This document shows positions 26,089 through 35,256 of a stretch of 60,994 bases of DNA, in pieces. The position numbers were made by a program, and so were the translations under genes. Each line of letters begins with the position of its first letter. Positions within the stretch are counted from its first letter, which is position 1. Below the pieces are notes generated by a model, which ran no database searches, had not been told where the DNA came from, and worked only from the letters and a program-made list of their open reading frames with translations. The stretch comes from Parcubacteria group bacterium GW2011_GWD2_38_11 (GTDB lineage Bacteria; Patescibacteriota; Minisyncoccia; Moranbacterales; GWC2-37-73). Location: positions 1 through 60,994 of the forward strand of contig LBTZ01000001.1 in assembly GCA_000992325.1 (NCBI GenBank), read 5' to 3'.

Positions 26089-27199
26089 GTGGTTTTTCCA
26101 GTGCTAATGGTTCAATCGTTTTTTCCTGATCAGTAATTCTAGCTACATCCTTATCAATTTTGCCCAATTCTTTATAGGCAGTATTAAAATGGTTTACTGT
26201 GGTGCCAAAACTTTTGCCAAGATTCTGCATATAAACATCATATTGCTGTATATGTTTGCCAAGCTTCTCCACATTAGCTCGAATCTCTTTGGCATTTTCC
26301 TCAATCTGAAAAGCTCTCAGACCTTGAAGCACTGTTTGCAGATATGCCAAAAACGATGTTGGAGAAACAATGATAACTTTCTTCTCTTGAAACGCATATT
26401 CGATCAGGTCGCGTGTGTTGATCTGAGCAGCTCCAACTTTATTTACAAGCAAATCGTAATAAATTGCTTCGGAAGGAATAAACATAAAGGCAAAATCCAT
26501 TGTTCCCATTTCAGGACGAATATATTTGGCAGTTTCATCAATACGATTTTTCAAATCCTGCTTGAATAATTTTTCAAATTTTTCACGTTCTGTACTATCC
26601 GTGCAATTCAAGATTCTTTCATAATTTTCAAGTGAAAATTTTGAATCAATTGGCACGATCTTCTCTTTTACAAAAACCACCGCATCCACAATCAAATCCT
26701 GATCAGTTTTTTCACTCTTGCCCAGTTTATATTGCATCTGATATGATTTCGGTCCCAACACATTTTTAAGTGTTTCTTCCAAAAAATATTCCCCCAGCAC
26801 TCCGCGTTGTTTTGGATTTTTCAAGATATCCTGCAAATTTTGAAGTTGCGCTGAAAAGTTCACCACTTGCCTATTTGTTTCGTCAAGCTTTGTCAATTTT
26901 TCAGTAACATTACTAATAAGTTTGGCTGATTGACCAGTGATTCCCTTAACTGTTTCGATTGTGTCGCGCATATGCTCACTGGAAGAACGCCTGGCTTCGG
27001 TTAACTTTGTGTCAATTTCAGTACGCATTTGATGATTTTGCTCGCTCAAATTTCGAAGCCGCTCCAAAATTGCCGTCATTTTTTCTCTCTCCTCCCTATT
27101 ATCGCTACTCGCCACAACCTTCATTTTTAAATCAAAAACAAGCCACAAAAGAGCGGCCAAGATTCCTATTATAATAATCGTGACAAGAATTGATGACAT
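26075..27199 (-). CDS. rmuC: DNA recombination protein RmuC
   Basis: N-terminal TM, coiled coil, and the C-terminal nuclease-like region DFAFMFIPSEAIYYDLL...VIIVSPTSFLAYLQ typical of RmuC. Confidence 0.8.
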   Translation of the reverse strand: MSSILVTIIIIGILAALLWLVFDLKMKVVASSDNREEREKMTAILERLRNLSEQNHQMRTEIDTKLTEARRSSSEHMRDTIETVKGITGQSAKLISNVTEKLTKLDETNRQVVNFSAQLQNLQDILKNPKQRGVLGEYFLEETLKNVLGPKSYQMQYKLGKSEKTDQDLIVDAVVFVKEKIVPIDSKFSLENYERILNCTDSTEREKFEKLFKQDLKNRIDETAKYIRPEMGTMDFAFMFIPSEAIYYDLLVNKVGAAQINTRDLIEYAFQEKKVIIVSPTSFLAYLQTVLQGLRAFQIEENAKEIRANVEKLGKHIQQYDVYMQNLGKSFGTTVNHFNTAYKELGKIDKDVARITDQEKTIEPLALEKPHELF

Positions 27200-27352
27200 A
27201 TTTGTTTTATATTTTCAGAAGTTACGCGTTTCGAAACATTTCTTTTTTGGCCAATGGTTGGCGACAGCGACTCTTTGAGCTTTTGGATATTGAGTATTTA
27301 TCCAAAAGCGTGCCAAAGAAGAAGTGGTTGAGAAAATGCGTAAGTCCCAATT

Positions 27353-27958
27353 TTAGTATTTTTTGCGACCGAGAATAAATCTTTTGAGTCCTGGGATTTT
27401 ATCAATCAACTCTAAATGAGATCCTTCTATAAAATCCAACAGAAAACGATCAAGCATATCTAAACGATATTTGAATTCATCACTATTCATAAGCACGAAA
27501 CTCACTTCTTTTCCAATTTCAGCTTCCAGACTACTCATTACACTCTTTAATTTCCCACGGCTAACATTGTTTGCAACCAAAACCATATCAACTTTGCTTT
27601 TTGGATAATTAAGAAAAATACCACTCACCAAGGCAAGCTTCACATCTCCGATATTTTTCAATCGTGACAAACTTTTGGATTCCGGAGAAGCAGTTGATTT
27701 TGCAAACAAACTCTTAAGTTCTGAATGAAAACAAAAATCTTGATCTAAAGTATAATATTTTGTTCCTTTTTTTGTTTTTTCAATCAAAAATTTTATTTTT
27801 TTGAGCTCTCCTATCTCTTTGCGCACAGAAGCCGCTGCTAGCATATTTTTCTTTGCAATATCAGCAACACTATATTCTTTCTCGCAATTAAGTAAAAAGA
27901 ATCTTAAAATTCTGGTTTTTGCCTTTGAGCCAAAAAGCGCTTCAAGGATTTCCGACAT
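27353..27958 (-). CDS. Winged-helix transcriptional regulator
   Basis: The N-terminus AKTRILRFFLLN.EKEYSVADIAKKNMLAAASVRKEIGELKKIKFL resembles an ArsR/MarR-type wHTH. Confidence 0.55.
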   Translation of the reverse strand: MSEILEALFGSKAKTRILRFFLLNCEKEYSVADIAKKNMLAAASVRKEIGELKKIKFLIEKTKKGTKYYTLDQDFCFHSELKSLFAKSTASPESKSLSRLKNIGDVKLALVSGIFLNYPKSKVDMVLVANNVSRGKLKSVMSSLEAEIGKEVSFVLMNSDEFKYRLDMLDRFLLDFIEGSHLELIDKIPGLKRFILGRKKY

Positions 27959-28273
27959 AAGTTTAACAGTGATTAATAGAAATTAAGTATTTCCTCTGCT
28001 CTCAAAAGCAGTAATATTGGCATTATACAACCAACAAAATTAAAAGTAAACCCAAGGACAAGAAACAAAAAACAAGATACAAACATCAAACAACATTCGA
28101 AGCAACAACTATTTTAAGCGTTTGAGTTTTGTAATTTTGGATTTGTTTGGTTATTGTGTCTTGTATCTTGGTTATTCCCATCAGGGTCAATTGCATTTGA
28201 ACGAAAATTACTATATTATATAGAAAGATACTTGAGGGCTTTTTATGCCAAATTATGGTCTCAGAAAAAACCA

Positions 28274-30889
28274 ATGTCCCCAAGAAACTCCGATAAAAAC
28301 AAAGATGTGATAAAAGAACTGGAAAAAACAATTTCCCCAATTTTGGTTGTCAATAATTCTTCCCTAAAACCATATGTGGAATTATTTGAATACGCACCAG
28401 AAAACATCTACCAGCAACCACTTGGCAGTCTTGTTGGTTTTTTCGAGGTCAAAGAATTCTCTGATGAATCTGCTTATGTTGTAAACTTTCTAACATCTGT
28501 TTTAAAAAAAGAATATTACATCAACCCCAAAAGACCGGTCACTGAAAGCCTGGACAGTGCCCTGCATAAAGTGAATATGGCGCTGTCTGAGTTGGCAAAA
28601 CACGGAAACGTTGAATGGTTGGGCAAAATAAATGCTGCCATATGCGTGTTGGAGAAAAACAACGCTCATTTTAGCGTTTCAGGCGATGCCAAAATCTTCT
28701 TATACCGCAATCAGGGACTTTCCGAAATAAGTGAAGATCTTGCATCAGATTCTCTTGAACCACATCCTCTTAAAACATTTGTTAATGTTTCCAGTGGACG
28801 GCTTGAAAAAAATGATCGAATGCTGATAACGTCAGCTGATATTTTTCATATTCTTCCAACCAGTGAAATAAAAAAGAACTTCCAACGCTTCGAGGGAGAT
28901 AAATTTGTACAATTTTTAAAAACCGCGCTTTCAAACCAAATAGAAATGATTGTGTCGATAGTTGTCGAAATGACAGAAGTGATTCCAGTCGTCACAACAA
29001 AAGCGCTGCCTCGCAAAAAATCTCCTCAAGCAGCCAATGCCTTTAGCGAACAAACCTTTGCCAACACATCGCCCGCAAACAATTTGGCGCAGGAGAATGA
29101 GCTTGCTATGGCTATGGAAGCAGAAGAGAATGAGCAGGAATATACCGATGAAAAAACCGGACATATCTACATCCAAGGAGAAACCATCGCAAGCCAAGAA
29201 GCTGCTCATGCTCAAATGAATCTCTACTGGGATATGGTCAAAGAAAAAATATCCCAAGGATCATACCTTACAAAAAATGAAATTAGAAAACGTTTTTCTT
29301 TATACAAAAAACAATTAGCAAAGAAAAAAGCGCTTCGCAAAATTGAAAAAGAACAGCGCGAGCAGCTGAGGGCTGAGGAAAATAAGCGCCTTGAAGAAGA
29401 AAGAGTTCTCCAGGAAGTTCAGCGCGAGCAACAACTTGCCCAAGAAGCGCAACTTCAGCAAGTTCGCCTCAAAGAAGAAAGTGAACGCCAGCAACTTTAT
29501 TTGGAGCAAGAAGCTCTTCTTGCAAAAACAGCCAACTCCAAGAAAAAGTTGGAAACAAAAATCAAAATTAAAGACAATTACACGGAGACACTCTCTTCAA
29601 GCTCACAACTAAGCTTTAAAGAAAAACTTCAATTGGCAAAGTTAGAACAGCAAGGAAATGCTGTCATTGATTTGAAAAACAAAACCACCCAGGAAGCTGA
29701 GATCTTCGAAGAAGAAATTATCACTGAGCCAGAAATAAAATTTGAATCCCCTGAAAAACAATCAGAAGCAATGAAGCTCAGAACGTTAGCTTTGGAAAAT
29801 ATCAGCAAGATATTACCACTATCAAAAAAAATAATTGCTTATGCAAAAATTGGACTAAACAAACTTTCTTCAGCAATAACAAAAAACGAAGCCGGTGTCG
29901 CAAAACCAAATCAATTAACAAGCATCATAACTCCTCATTTTTCAAAAATTGGAAAATTATTCTCACATTTTTCAGGAAAACAAAAATTGTTCATTCTTTT
30001 TGCACTAGCTCTTATTTTTATCGCACCACTTTTTATTGTGCGCTTCTTAAATAGGCCAAAAGCTCCAACGATCGTTGAACTTCAGGATGCACCTATGACT
30101 CAAATTGGAGCATTGGCAAATGAAAAAGGTATTGATTTTAACACGCAAATTCAAACAATTTTATCAAACTCAAATATCGTTACCACCCTTATCGCAAACA
30201 ACAACCCAACAGTTGTGACCAAAAACAGCGTCATTGTTTTGCAAAATAATCAACCAAAAGAATTTCCGATTCCTGCTGACTCTGGAGTTGTTGCTGCCGC
30301 AACATATATGAAAGATTTATCACTAATTTTGATTTTCACAGATAGCAACAGGATTCTTTCCTTCAGCCCAATTTCAGAAAAATTTTCAAACAACAATATA
30401 AATTTATCAAATCTTTCATCAGCAAATCCGATTGGAACATATTTGACATATATGTATGTGCTTGATCAAAAAACCAATCAGATTTATCGTTTCCCGCGCG
30501 CAGACGGTGGATTTGGAGAATCAACAAATTGGCTGAAAGATTCAACACCTCTTGCAGATGTTTCAGAAATAACAATCGACGACAACATTTACGCAGTTGC
30601 CAATAATAAAGTTTTAAAATTCTTCAAAGGAAAAGCTGTGGATTTCACACTTGAATCATCAACCACCCCAGTTAATTTTGACAAAATATATACAACTCCA
30701 GATCTGCAAAACTTCTACGCACTAGACACACAGAACTCGCGTCTAGTTTCATATAGCAAAGACGGCAACATTCTTACACAATACCACAATGAAGCGTTTA
30801 AAGACGCAATTTCATTATCAGTCGACGAACAAAACAAACTCGCATACATTGCAACTTCACAAGGTTTAATTTCACTTGAACTCCAATAG
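28274..30889 (+). CDS. Large membrane protein: N-terminal PP2C-like (possibly degenerate) domain, Glu/Gln/Arg-rich coiled coil, one TM, C-terminal beta-rich domain
   Basis: AAICVLEKNNAHFSVSGDAKIFLYRNQGLSEISED and GRLEKNDRMLITSADIF mirror PP2C/SpoIIE strand motifs. The coiled coil spans about 29300-29560. TM helix LFILFALALIFIAPLFIV. The start at 28274 is tentative. Confidence 0.6.
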   Translation: MSPRNSDKNKDVIKELEKTISPILVVNNSSLKPYVELFEYAPENIYQQPLGSLVGFFEVKEFSDESAYVVNFLTSVLKKEYYINPKRPVTESLDSALHKVNMALSELAKHGNVEWLGKINAAICVLEKNNAHFSVSGDAKIFLYRNQGLSEISEDLASDSLEPHPLKTFVNVSSGRLEKNDRMLITSADIFHILPTSEIKKNFQRFEGDKFVQFLKTALSNQIEMIVSIVVEMTEVIPVVTTKALPRKKSPQAANAFSEQTFANTSPANNLAQENELAMAMEAEENEQEYTDEKTGHIYIQGETIASQEAAHAQMNLYWDMVKEKISQGSYLTKNEIRKRFSLYKKQLAKKKALRKIEKEQREQLRAEENKRLEEERVLQEVQREQQLAQEAQLQQVRLKEESERQQLYLEQEALLAKTANSKKKLETKIKIKDNYTETLSSSSQLSFKEKLQLAKLEQQGNAVIDLKNKTTQEAEIFEEEIITEPEIKFESPEKQSEAMKLRTLALENISKILPLSKKIIAYAKIGLNKLSSAITKNEAGVAKPNQLTSIITPHFSKIGKLFSHFSGKQKLFILFALALIFIAPLFIVRFLNRPKAPTIVELQDAPMTQIGALANEKGIDFNTQIQTILSNSNIVTTLIANNNPTVVTKNSVIVLQNNQPKEFPIPADSGVVAAATYMKDLSLILIFTDSNRILSFSPISEKFSNNNINLSNLSSANPIGTYLTYMYVLDQKTNQIYRFPRADGGFGESTNWLKDSTPLADVSEITIDDNIYAVANNKVLKFFKGKAVDFTLESSTTPVNFDKIYTTPDLQNFYALDTQNSRLVSYSKDGNILTQYHNEAFKDAISLSVDEQNKLAYIATSQGLISLELQ

Positions 30890-31116
30890 GCTCATTTCCA
30901 CATTTCTTTTTCCGCAAAAGAAACGTGGAGCAAAGAAAACTCGCACCTGATGAAGGTACTGTGGCAAAAACTTCGCTCTTCGCTAGAATTTACACTTCGC
31001 TCGTAGTCTACTGACTCTCGCTACGTTTCAAAATTCTTTAACGCTCATCACTCGTTTTTCGCCTACGTACTTCATATGGTGCAAAGGGAATGCGGGATGC
31101 AAATACAATAAATCCA

Positions 31117-31145
31117 TTGACTCAACATCTACGACACGCTATATT
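31117..31145 (+). promoter_or_regulatory. Sigma70-type promoter of the orphan RNA
   Basis: TTGACT, a 17-nt spacer, then TATATT. Confidence 0.6.
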
Positions 31146-31151
31146 TTAAAC

Positions 31152-31503
31152 ACCACGGAGAGGTGAATTTTGTTGAGGCAAATTGCGGCGGATTAGATAC
31201 CTGCAAACGTGATTGCCAGCGCAGAATGCTGGATCTATGCGCAAGTCGGAAAGCTGTCGTCAATGAAAAAACAGCAGACGCCATGCATAACAAAGGCCAC
31301 TGCCCGACCCTGTATCTTTACGGGGATTTCCAGAATCTGCGTTTTATTACGAAAATATCTTGGCTAATCTTAGTAATGAGCCGTAAAACGGCCATGAAAA
31401 TCTTGGCGCGCCAACTATTGCATACAGTGGAGAACCCAGGAGGTTCCGCGAAACTGCATGCTGGGATGATTTTTCGCAAGCCACCTCTCCGTGGCTTTTT
31501 TTC
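31152..31503 (+). ncRNA. Orphan ~350-nt structured RNA, class unknown
   Basis: 12-bp closing helix cacggagaggtg (31154-31165) / cacctctccgtg (31482-31493), then a U-run. There are many internal hairpins (ccagc..gctgg, gccgt-aaa-acggc, gcatacagt..actgcatgc, gaacc..ggttc). GC is clearly above the surroundings. The overlapping 148-aa ORF is not protein-like. Confidence 0.6.
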
Positions 31504-31674
31504 TTTTTATGCACAAAAAAATCCACGTACCTTTAGGGCACATGGACACTATCTTTATATTATACAACTAAATAATCAAAAAGTCAATATAGGCACAAAA
31601 AACGGCTAGCTATAGCCGTTTTTAGGTGTAAGAATTTTTCACGGTAGAGACGCATTGCAATGCGTCTCTACGTG

Positions 31675-34161
31675 TTAGAAAGATGATTCTTTCATCACAC
31701 TTCTTGCAAATCTGGCGCGTTCCATGATCTCACGGTTTACAATGGCTGCGTCGCGACCATATTTGAGGCGTGAGAGCTCTTTGAGATAATTAGCGGCCTC
31801 TTGATTCCCTCGAGTTGGCGGATAAAATTTAATATTGAATGGTTTGGAAAGTTCGCCATTAACCAGCATCCGAGTAAAACCACTATAGTTATCCACATTA
31901 ACCAAATCGTTGGCGGTAAAAATAGGTTCAAATTGTTTTTCCAAAAATTCTGCATCCTCCGGTCCAACTCGCAGCGCCACCATTGAACCAACATTACCAA
32001 ACACGGCTTTGGAAATTTCTTCCTTGAGCTGTCCAATGAATTGATGAGCTATAATCAAACACAAGCGATATTTTCGCGCTTCAGAAAGAATTTGAGAAAT
32101 CGATTCGGTTGTGACATTTTGAAATTCATCCAAATAAAGATAAAAATCGCGACGCTGATCTTCAGGCATATCTCCGCGTGCCAAAGCATTCATTAAAATT
32201 TTTCCCACAATAACCATTCCCAAAAGATGAGCGTTAATTTCACCAATTTTTCCCTTAGAAAGTTTCACCAGTAAAATTTTTCCAGAGTCCATCACTTCGC
32301 GAAAATTAATTGTGCTTTTTTGTTGAGCGATAATTGGACGCATCATATCATTAGAAACAAACGTGGTGAGTTTGGAAGTGATATACGGAACCATATTGGC
32401 AAGTGCCGCTTCCCCGCCAGCCTTCTCAGCTTCTTTGATCCAGAAATCTGAAACAACAGGATTGTTGCATTTGGACAATTTCATTTTCCGAAAATCCTCA
32501 TCTGCCAAAACCTTGGAAATTTCCATAAGAGTTGAACCTGATTCTGGATCTTCCATAATAAGAAGCATTGCGTTTCGCACGTATTGTTCAAACATCGGAC
32601 CTCCCGTAGCTTTAAGATCATACAACTGATCAAAAATACCAATCATTTCGTTGATAACAAAAGTTTTTTGCTCGGGATGGCTTGGATCATATTCAAGCAT
32701 ATTAAGTCCAAATGGTCGTTCCATATCAGACGGATCAAACACGATCACATCTTCCGCGCGCTCCTTTGGAATGGCGGTCAAAATATCCTCAATAGCATCG
32801 CCGTGTGGATCAATAAAACAAAAACCCCTGCCGTCGCGCGCATCTTGTTTGGCCATTTCTTGCAAGAAATTTGACTTACCAACACCAGTTTGACCAATGG
32901 TATACAAATGCCTTCTTCTGTCGCCATCACTAAGCCTGATATCCGTTTTCACTCCGCGATAATCATTATAACCAAGCACTAAACCTTCTTTTGGTATATT
33001 GAGTGGTGGCGGTGCAGCTCCAGCTTTCAGCCATTTAATTTTTGGCGTTTCAGTGGTGGAAATTGGAAAATGAAAAATGCTGGCAATTTCTTCTGTAGAC
33101 AAAATGATAGAATGCTCTTCGTCAAAATTTCTGAAGATATAATCAAAAGATATTTTCTTGGATTTTATTCTTTTTTGCACCACAAAATGATTGACGTCGT
33201 GATTTTCAAATTGCGCAAAAGAATTTTCCATATGCGCCAAGACTTCATCCGCCTTTTGCTGACTCATCGCAGACGCAAGCAAGCGAACATTCACCTTAAA
33301 TCCAGCCTTTCCAGATTTTGCTTCAATTTTCTTTACAAGCTCCTGTTCTTCCGGAGTAAGCTGCACTGAGTCCTTGTGCATAATTTCTTCCTTTGGCTTG
33401 TTTTGAATCACTTGCACCACACCTTTTCCAAGCTCCATTGCAATCGAATTTGAATGTGCATCCTTAAGCTGTTTTCCTTGTTGCATCTTGTGTGCAATTC
33501 CTCTTCCCAATTTTCGCCAATTTTTTCCCGCAGGACGCAAAACAATTTGAATAGCTGCACCTTCCCCTTCTGTTTGCAATTTACTAAGCGCATTTGAAAT
33601 TTCATTGAGCGGGTCAACATCAATATTTTCATATGTAAGAACTGGCAAAGCATATGAACGCTTAAGTCCAAGTGTTGCAGCAGCAGTAAAACTCCCCGGT
33701 GAAAAAATTGTATAGTCAGGAATTTTTTCAATAGAAGAATGAGGGAAATATGAATGAACTTGCTTCTCAATGCTGTCACGAAATTTCTTCGGCACTGCCA
33801 AATAAAAAGAAATTTCTTCATTCCCACACGGATTGGCAATTTCTAGTGCCATATATGGCTCACTATACAAAAAATGAGCCCAGAGTGATTTTTTTTCTTT
33901 AATATTGGAAAGTGTGGTGAGCAATTGCTCCATAGCACCAATTTCTTCTTTCCAAGCTTCTCCATTTTCATTTCGCTCACCTCTTTCTTTGAAAATTTTT
34001 GTCACCCGCACAACTTCAAGATCCATATTCATTGAACGGTTGATTTGAGCGCGATAATTCAAAAAACTTCGCACAATCAAAAAAGCCCCACTCAAAAGAG
34101 TCAACGTGCCAAAAACCCAAAGCAAAGGAATCAAAATAACATTAAGGTCAAGAGTATTCAT
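31675..34161 (-). CDS. TM-anchored P-loop translocation ATPase of the FtsK/HerA/VirB4-VirD4 superfamily
   Basis: 828 aa. N-terminal TM helix. Walker A GQTGVGKS, then FIDPHGD. Walker B YLYLDEFQNV. ARKYRLCLIIAHQ (RK..TQ-like motif). A ~400-aa N-terminal domain of unknown function. Confidence 0.75.
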   Translation of the reverse strand: MNTLDLNVILIPLLWVFGTLTLLSGAFLIVRSFLNYRAQINRSMNMDLEVVRVTKIFKERGERNENGEAWKEEIGAMEQLLTTLSNIKEKKSLWAHFLYSEPYMALEIANPCGNEEISFYLAVPKKFRDSIEKQVHSYFPHSSIEKIPDYTIFSPGSFTAAATLGLKRSYALPVLTYENIDVDPLNEISNALSKLQTEGEGAAIQIVLRPAGKNWRKLGRGIAHKMQQGKQLKDAHSNSIAMELGKGVVQVIQNKPKEEIMHKDSVQLTPEEQELVKKIEAKSGKAGFKVNVRLLASAMSQQKADEVLAHMENSFAQFENHDVNHFVVQKRIKSKKISFDYIFRNFDEEHSIILSTEEIASIFHFPISTTETPKIKWLKAGAAPPPLNIPKEGLVLGYNDYRGVKTDIRLSDGDRRRHLYTIGQTGVGKSNFLQEMAKQDARDGRGFCFIDPHGDAIEDILTAIPKERAEDVIVFDPSDMERPFGLNMLEYDPSHPEQKTFVINEMIGIFDQLYDLKATGGPMFEQYVRNAMLLIMEDPESGSTLMEISKVLADEDFRKMKLSKCNNPVVSDFWIKEAEKAGGEAALANMVPYITSKLTTFVSNDMMRPIIAQQKSTINFREVMDSGKILLVKLSKGKIGEINAHLLGMVIVGKILMNALARGDMPEDQRRDFYLYLDEFQNVTTESISQILSEARKYRLCLIIAHQFIGQLKEEISKAVFGNVGSMVALRVGPEDAEFLEKQFEPIFTANDLVNVDNYSGFTRMLVNGELSKPFNIKFYPPTRGNQEAANYLKELSRLKYGRDAAIVNREIMERARFARSVMKESSF

Positions 34162-34331
34162 TTATGTTTTATATTTATTTGAGTTTTATGCCTTTATTTT
34201 GTCTGAAAATTTTCAATAATCAATTTTCAATTTTCATTGAATTTACAATGATTCAATGATCAATTCCTGGTTTGAAAATTTCAAAATTGAAAATTGATTG
34301 TAAATTGAAAATTGTGAATTGAAAATTGAAC

Positions 34332-34772
34332 TTAAAGCTCTTTTATCATTCCCTTCTCCACCAACGCATTATGCAGCTCTTCGCCAAGCATACGGTCGTG
34401 AAAAGTGTCGAGCACATAATTGTCTTGCATATGTTGAGCGACTTTCACAGCGTGCACAACACCTTTTTGACCTGCAATATCAATCAAATGTTGCACTTGC
34501 GATTGAGCGTCCATTTTTTCGTAGCCAGTTTTAGCATCATTGACAATAACTGCTTGATCTATTTCATCATCACTTTGCACTGTCTGAACTTTAGAAAGAA
34601 TTTTACCATAGGCATCATCCTTTTCGGCTGCACTAATTTCCTGTGGCATTTCACGCTCAATAGTGGCAAATGGAGATGACTCCTCACGAGAAAAATCTAC
34701 GCGCCCATTTTTAAGCTTACCCTCCAAGTCCAAATCACTTTCCTCAATCGGCTCTAAGTTACTCTTTAGCAT
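34332..34772 (-). CDS. Acidic hypothetical protein (146 aa)
   Basis: ORF in the same-strand block, with no recognisable motif. Confidence 0.5.
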   Translation of the reverse strand: MLKSNLEPIEESDLDLEGKLKNGRVDFSREESSPFATIEREMPQEISAAEKDDAYGKILSKVQTVQSDDEIDQAVIVNDAKTGYEKMDAQSQVQHLIDIAGQKGVVHAVKVAQHMQDNYVLDTFHDRMLGEELHNALVEKGMIKEL

Positions 34773-34921
34773 AAATTTCTAATTTCTAATTTCCAATTTT
34801 TTGCCCCAAGCTTATCCCTTGAGGGCTAAACAATTTCCAATGAATAAATTTCCAAATGTTTGAAAATTAATGAATTGAAAAATTGAAAATTAATTGAAAA
34901 TTGAAAATTGTGAATTGAAAA

Positions 34922-35236
34922 TTATTTGTTAGCATTCATCATCTCTCCTCTAAATTCCTCGATAATCCCCTGCACCATTTCATCATAATCATTGATTCTC
35001 TCCTTGAAAAATTCTTCCACCTGCGCTGGAGAGACTTCGCCTTCTGACATTTTTTCATATTCTTCGCGACCCTCTTCTCCAAGCTTATCCATTGTTTCCA
35101 GAAAAATTCTCTTTAGCAAAACTTCAGTCATCTTAATGATGAGTTCATTTTGTTTGTCCTGGGAAAGCGTGTCGATTCCCATATCTTTAATCAATTGACC
35201 CAGAGCCTCTGCTTGCGCAGTATTATGTTCTTCCAT
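34922..35236 (-). CDS. Acidic helical hypothetical protein (104 aa)
   Basis: ORF in the same-strand block, rich in Glu and predicted helices. Confidence 0.5.
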   Translation of the reverse strand: MEEHNTAQAEALGQLIKDMGIDTLSQDKQNELIIKMTEVLLKRIFLETMDKLGEEGREEYEKMSEGEVSPAQVEEFFKERINDYDEMVQGIIEEFRGEMMNANK

Positions 35237-35256
35237 ATAAATTATTTTTTAAATTT

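Noticed and set aside
31152-31503. Could the orphan RNA be RNase P RNA, tmRNA, SRP RNA, 6S RNA or a retron msr/msd?
   Set aside because: There is no GGAAAGUCC / ACAGAAnCCGGCUUA P4 pair (only a weak GAGGCAAAUUGCGG resemblance). There is no tRNA-like 3' end (GGUUCGAnUCC...CCA) or short Ala-ending tag ORF, and no GGAAGCAGC domain IV motif. It is too long for 6S. The flanking inverted repeats resemble retron a1/a2, but no reverse transcriptase gene is adjacent. The class is left open.
31163-31609. 148-aa ORF in the track (MNFVEANCGGLDTCKRDCQRRM...).
   Set aside because: It has a GTG start with no SD, and a Cys/Arg/His-rich composition that does not look like a protein. It coincides exactly with a promoter-to-terminator unit full of hairpins and a 12-bp closing helix. 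I interpret it as a structured RNA, not a CDS.
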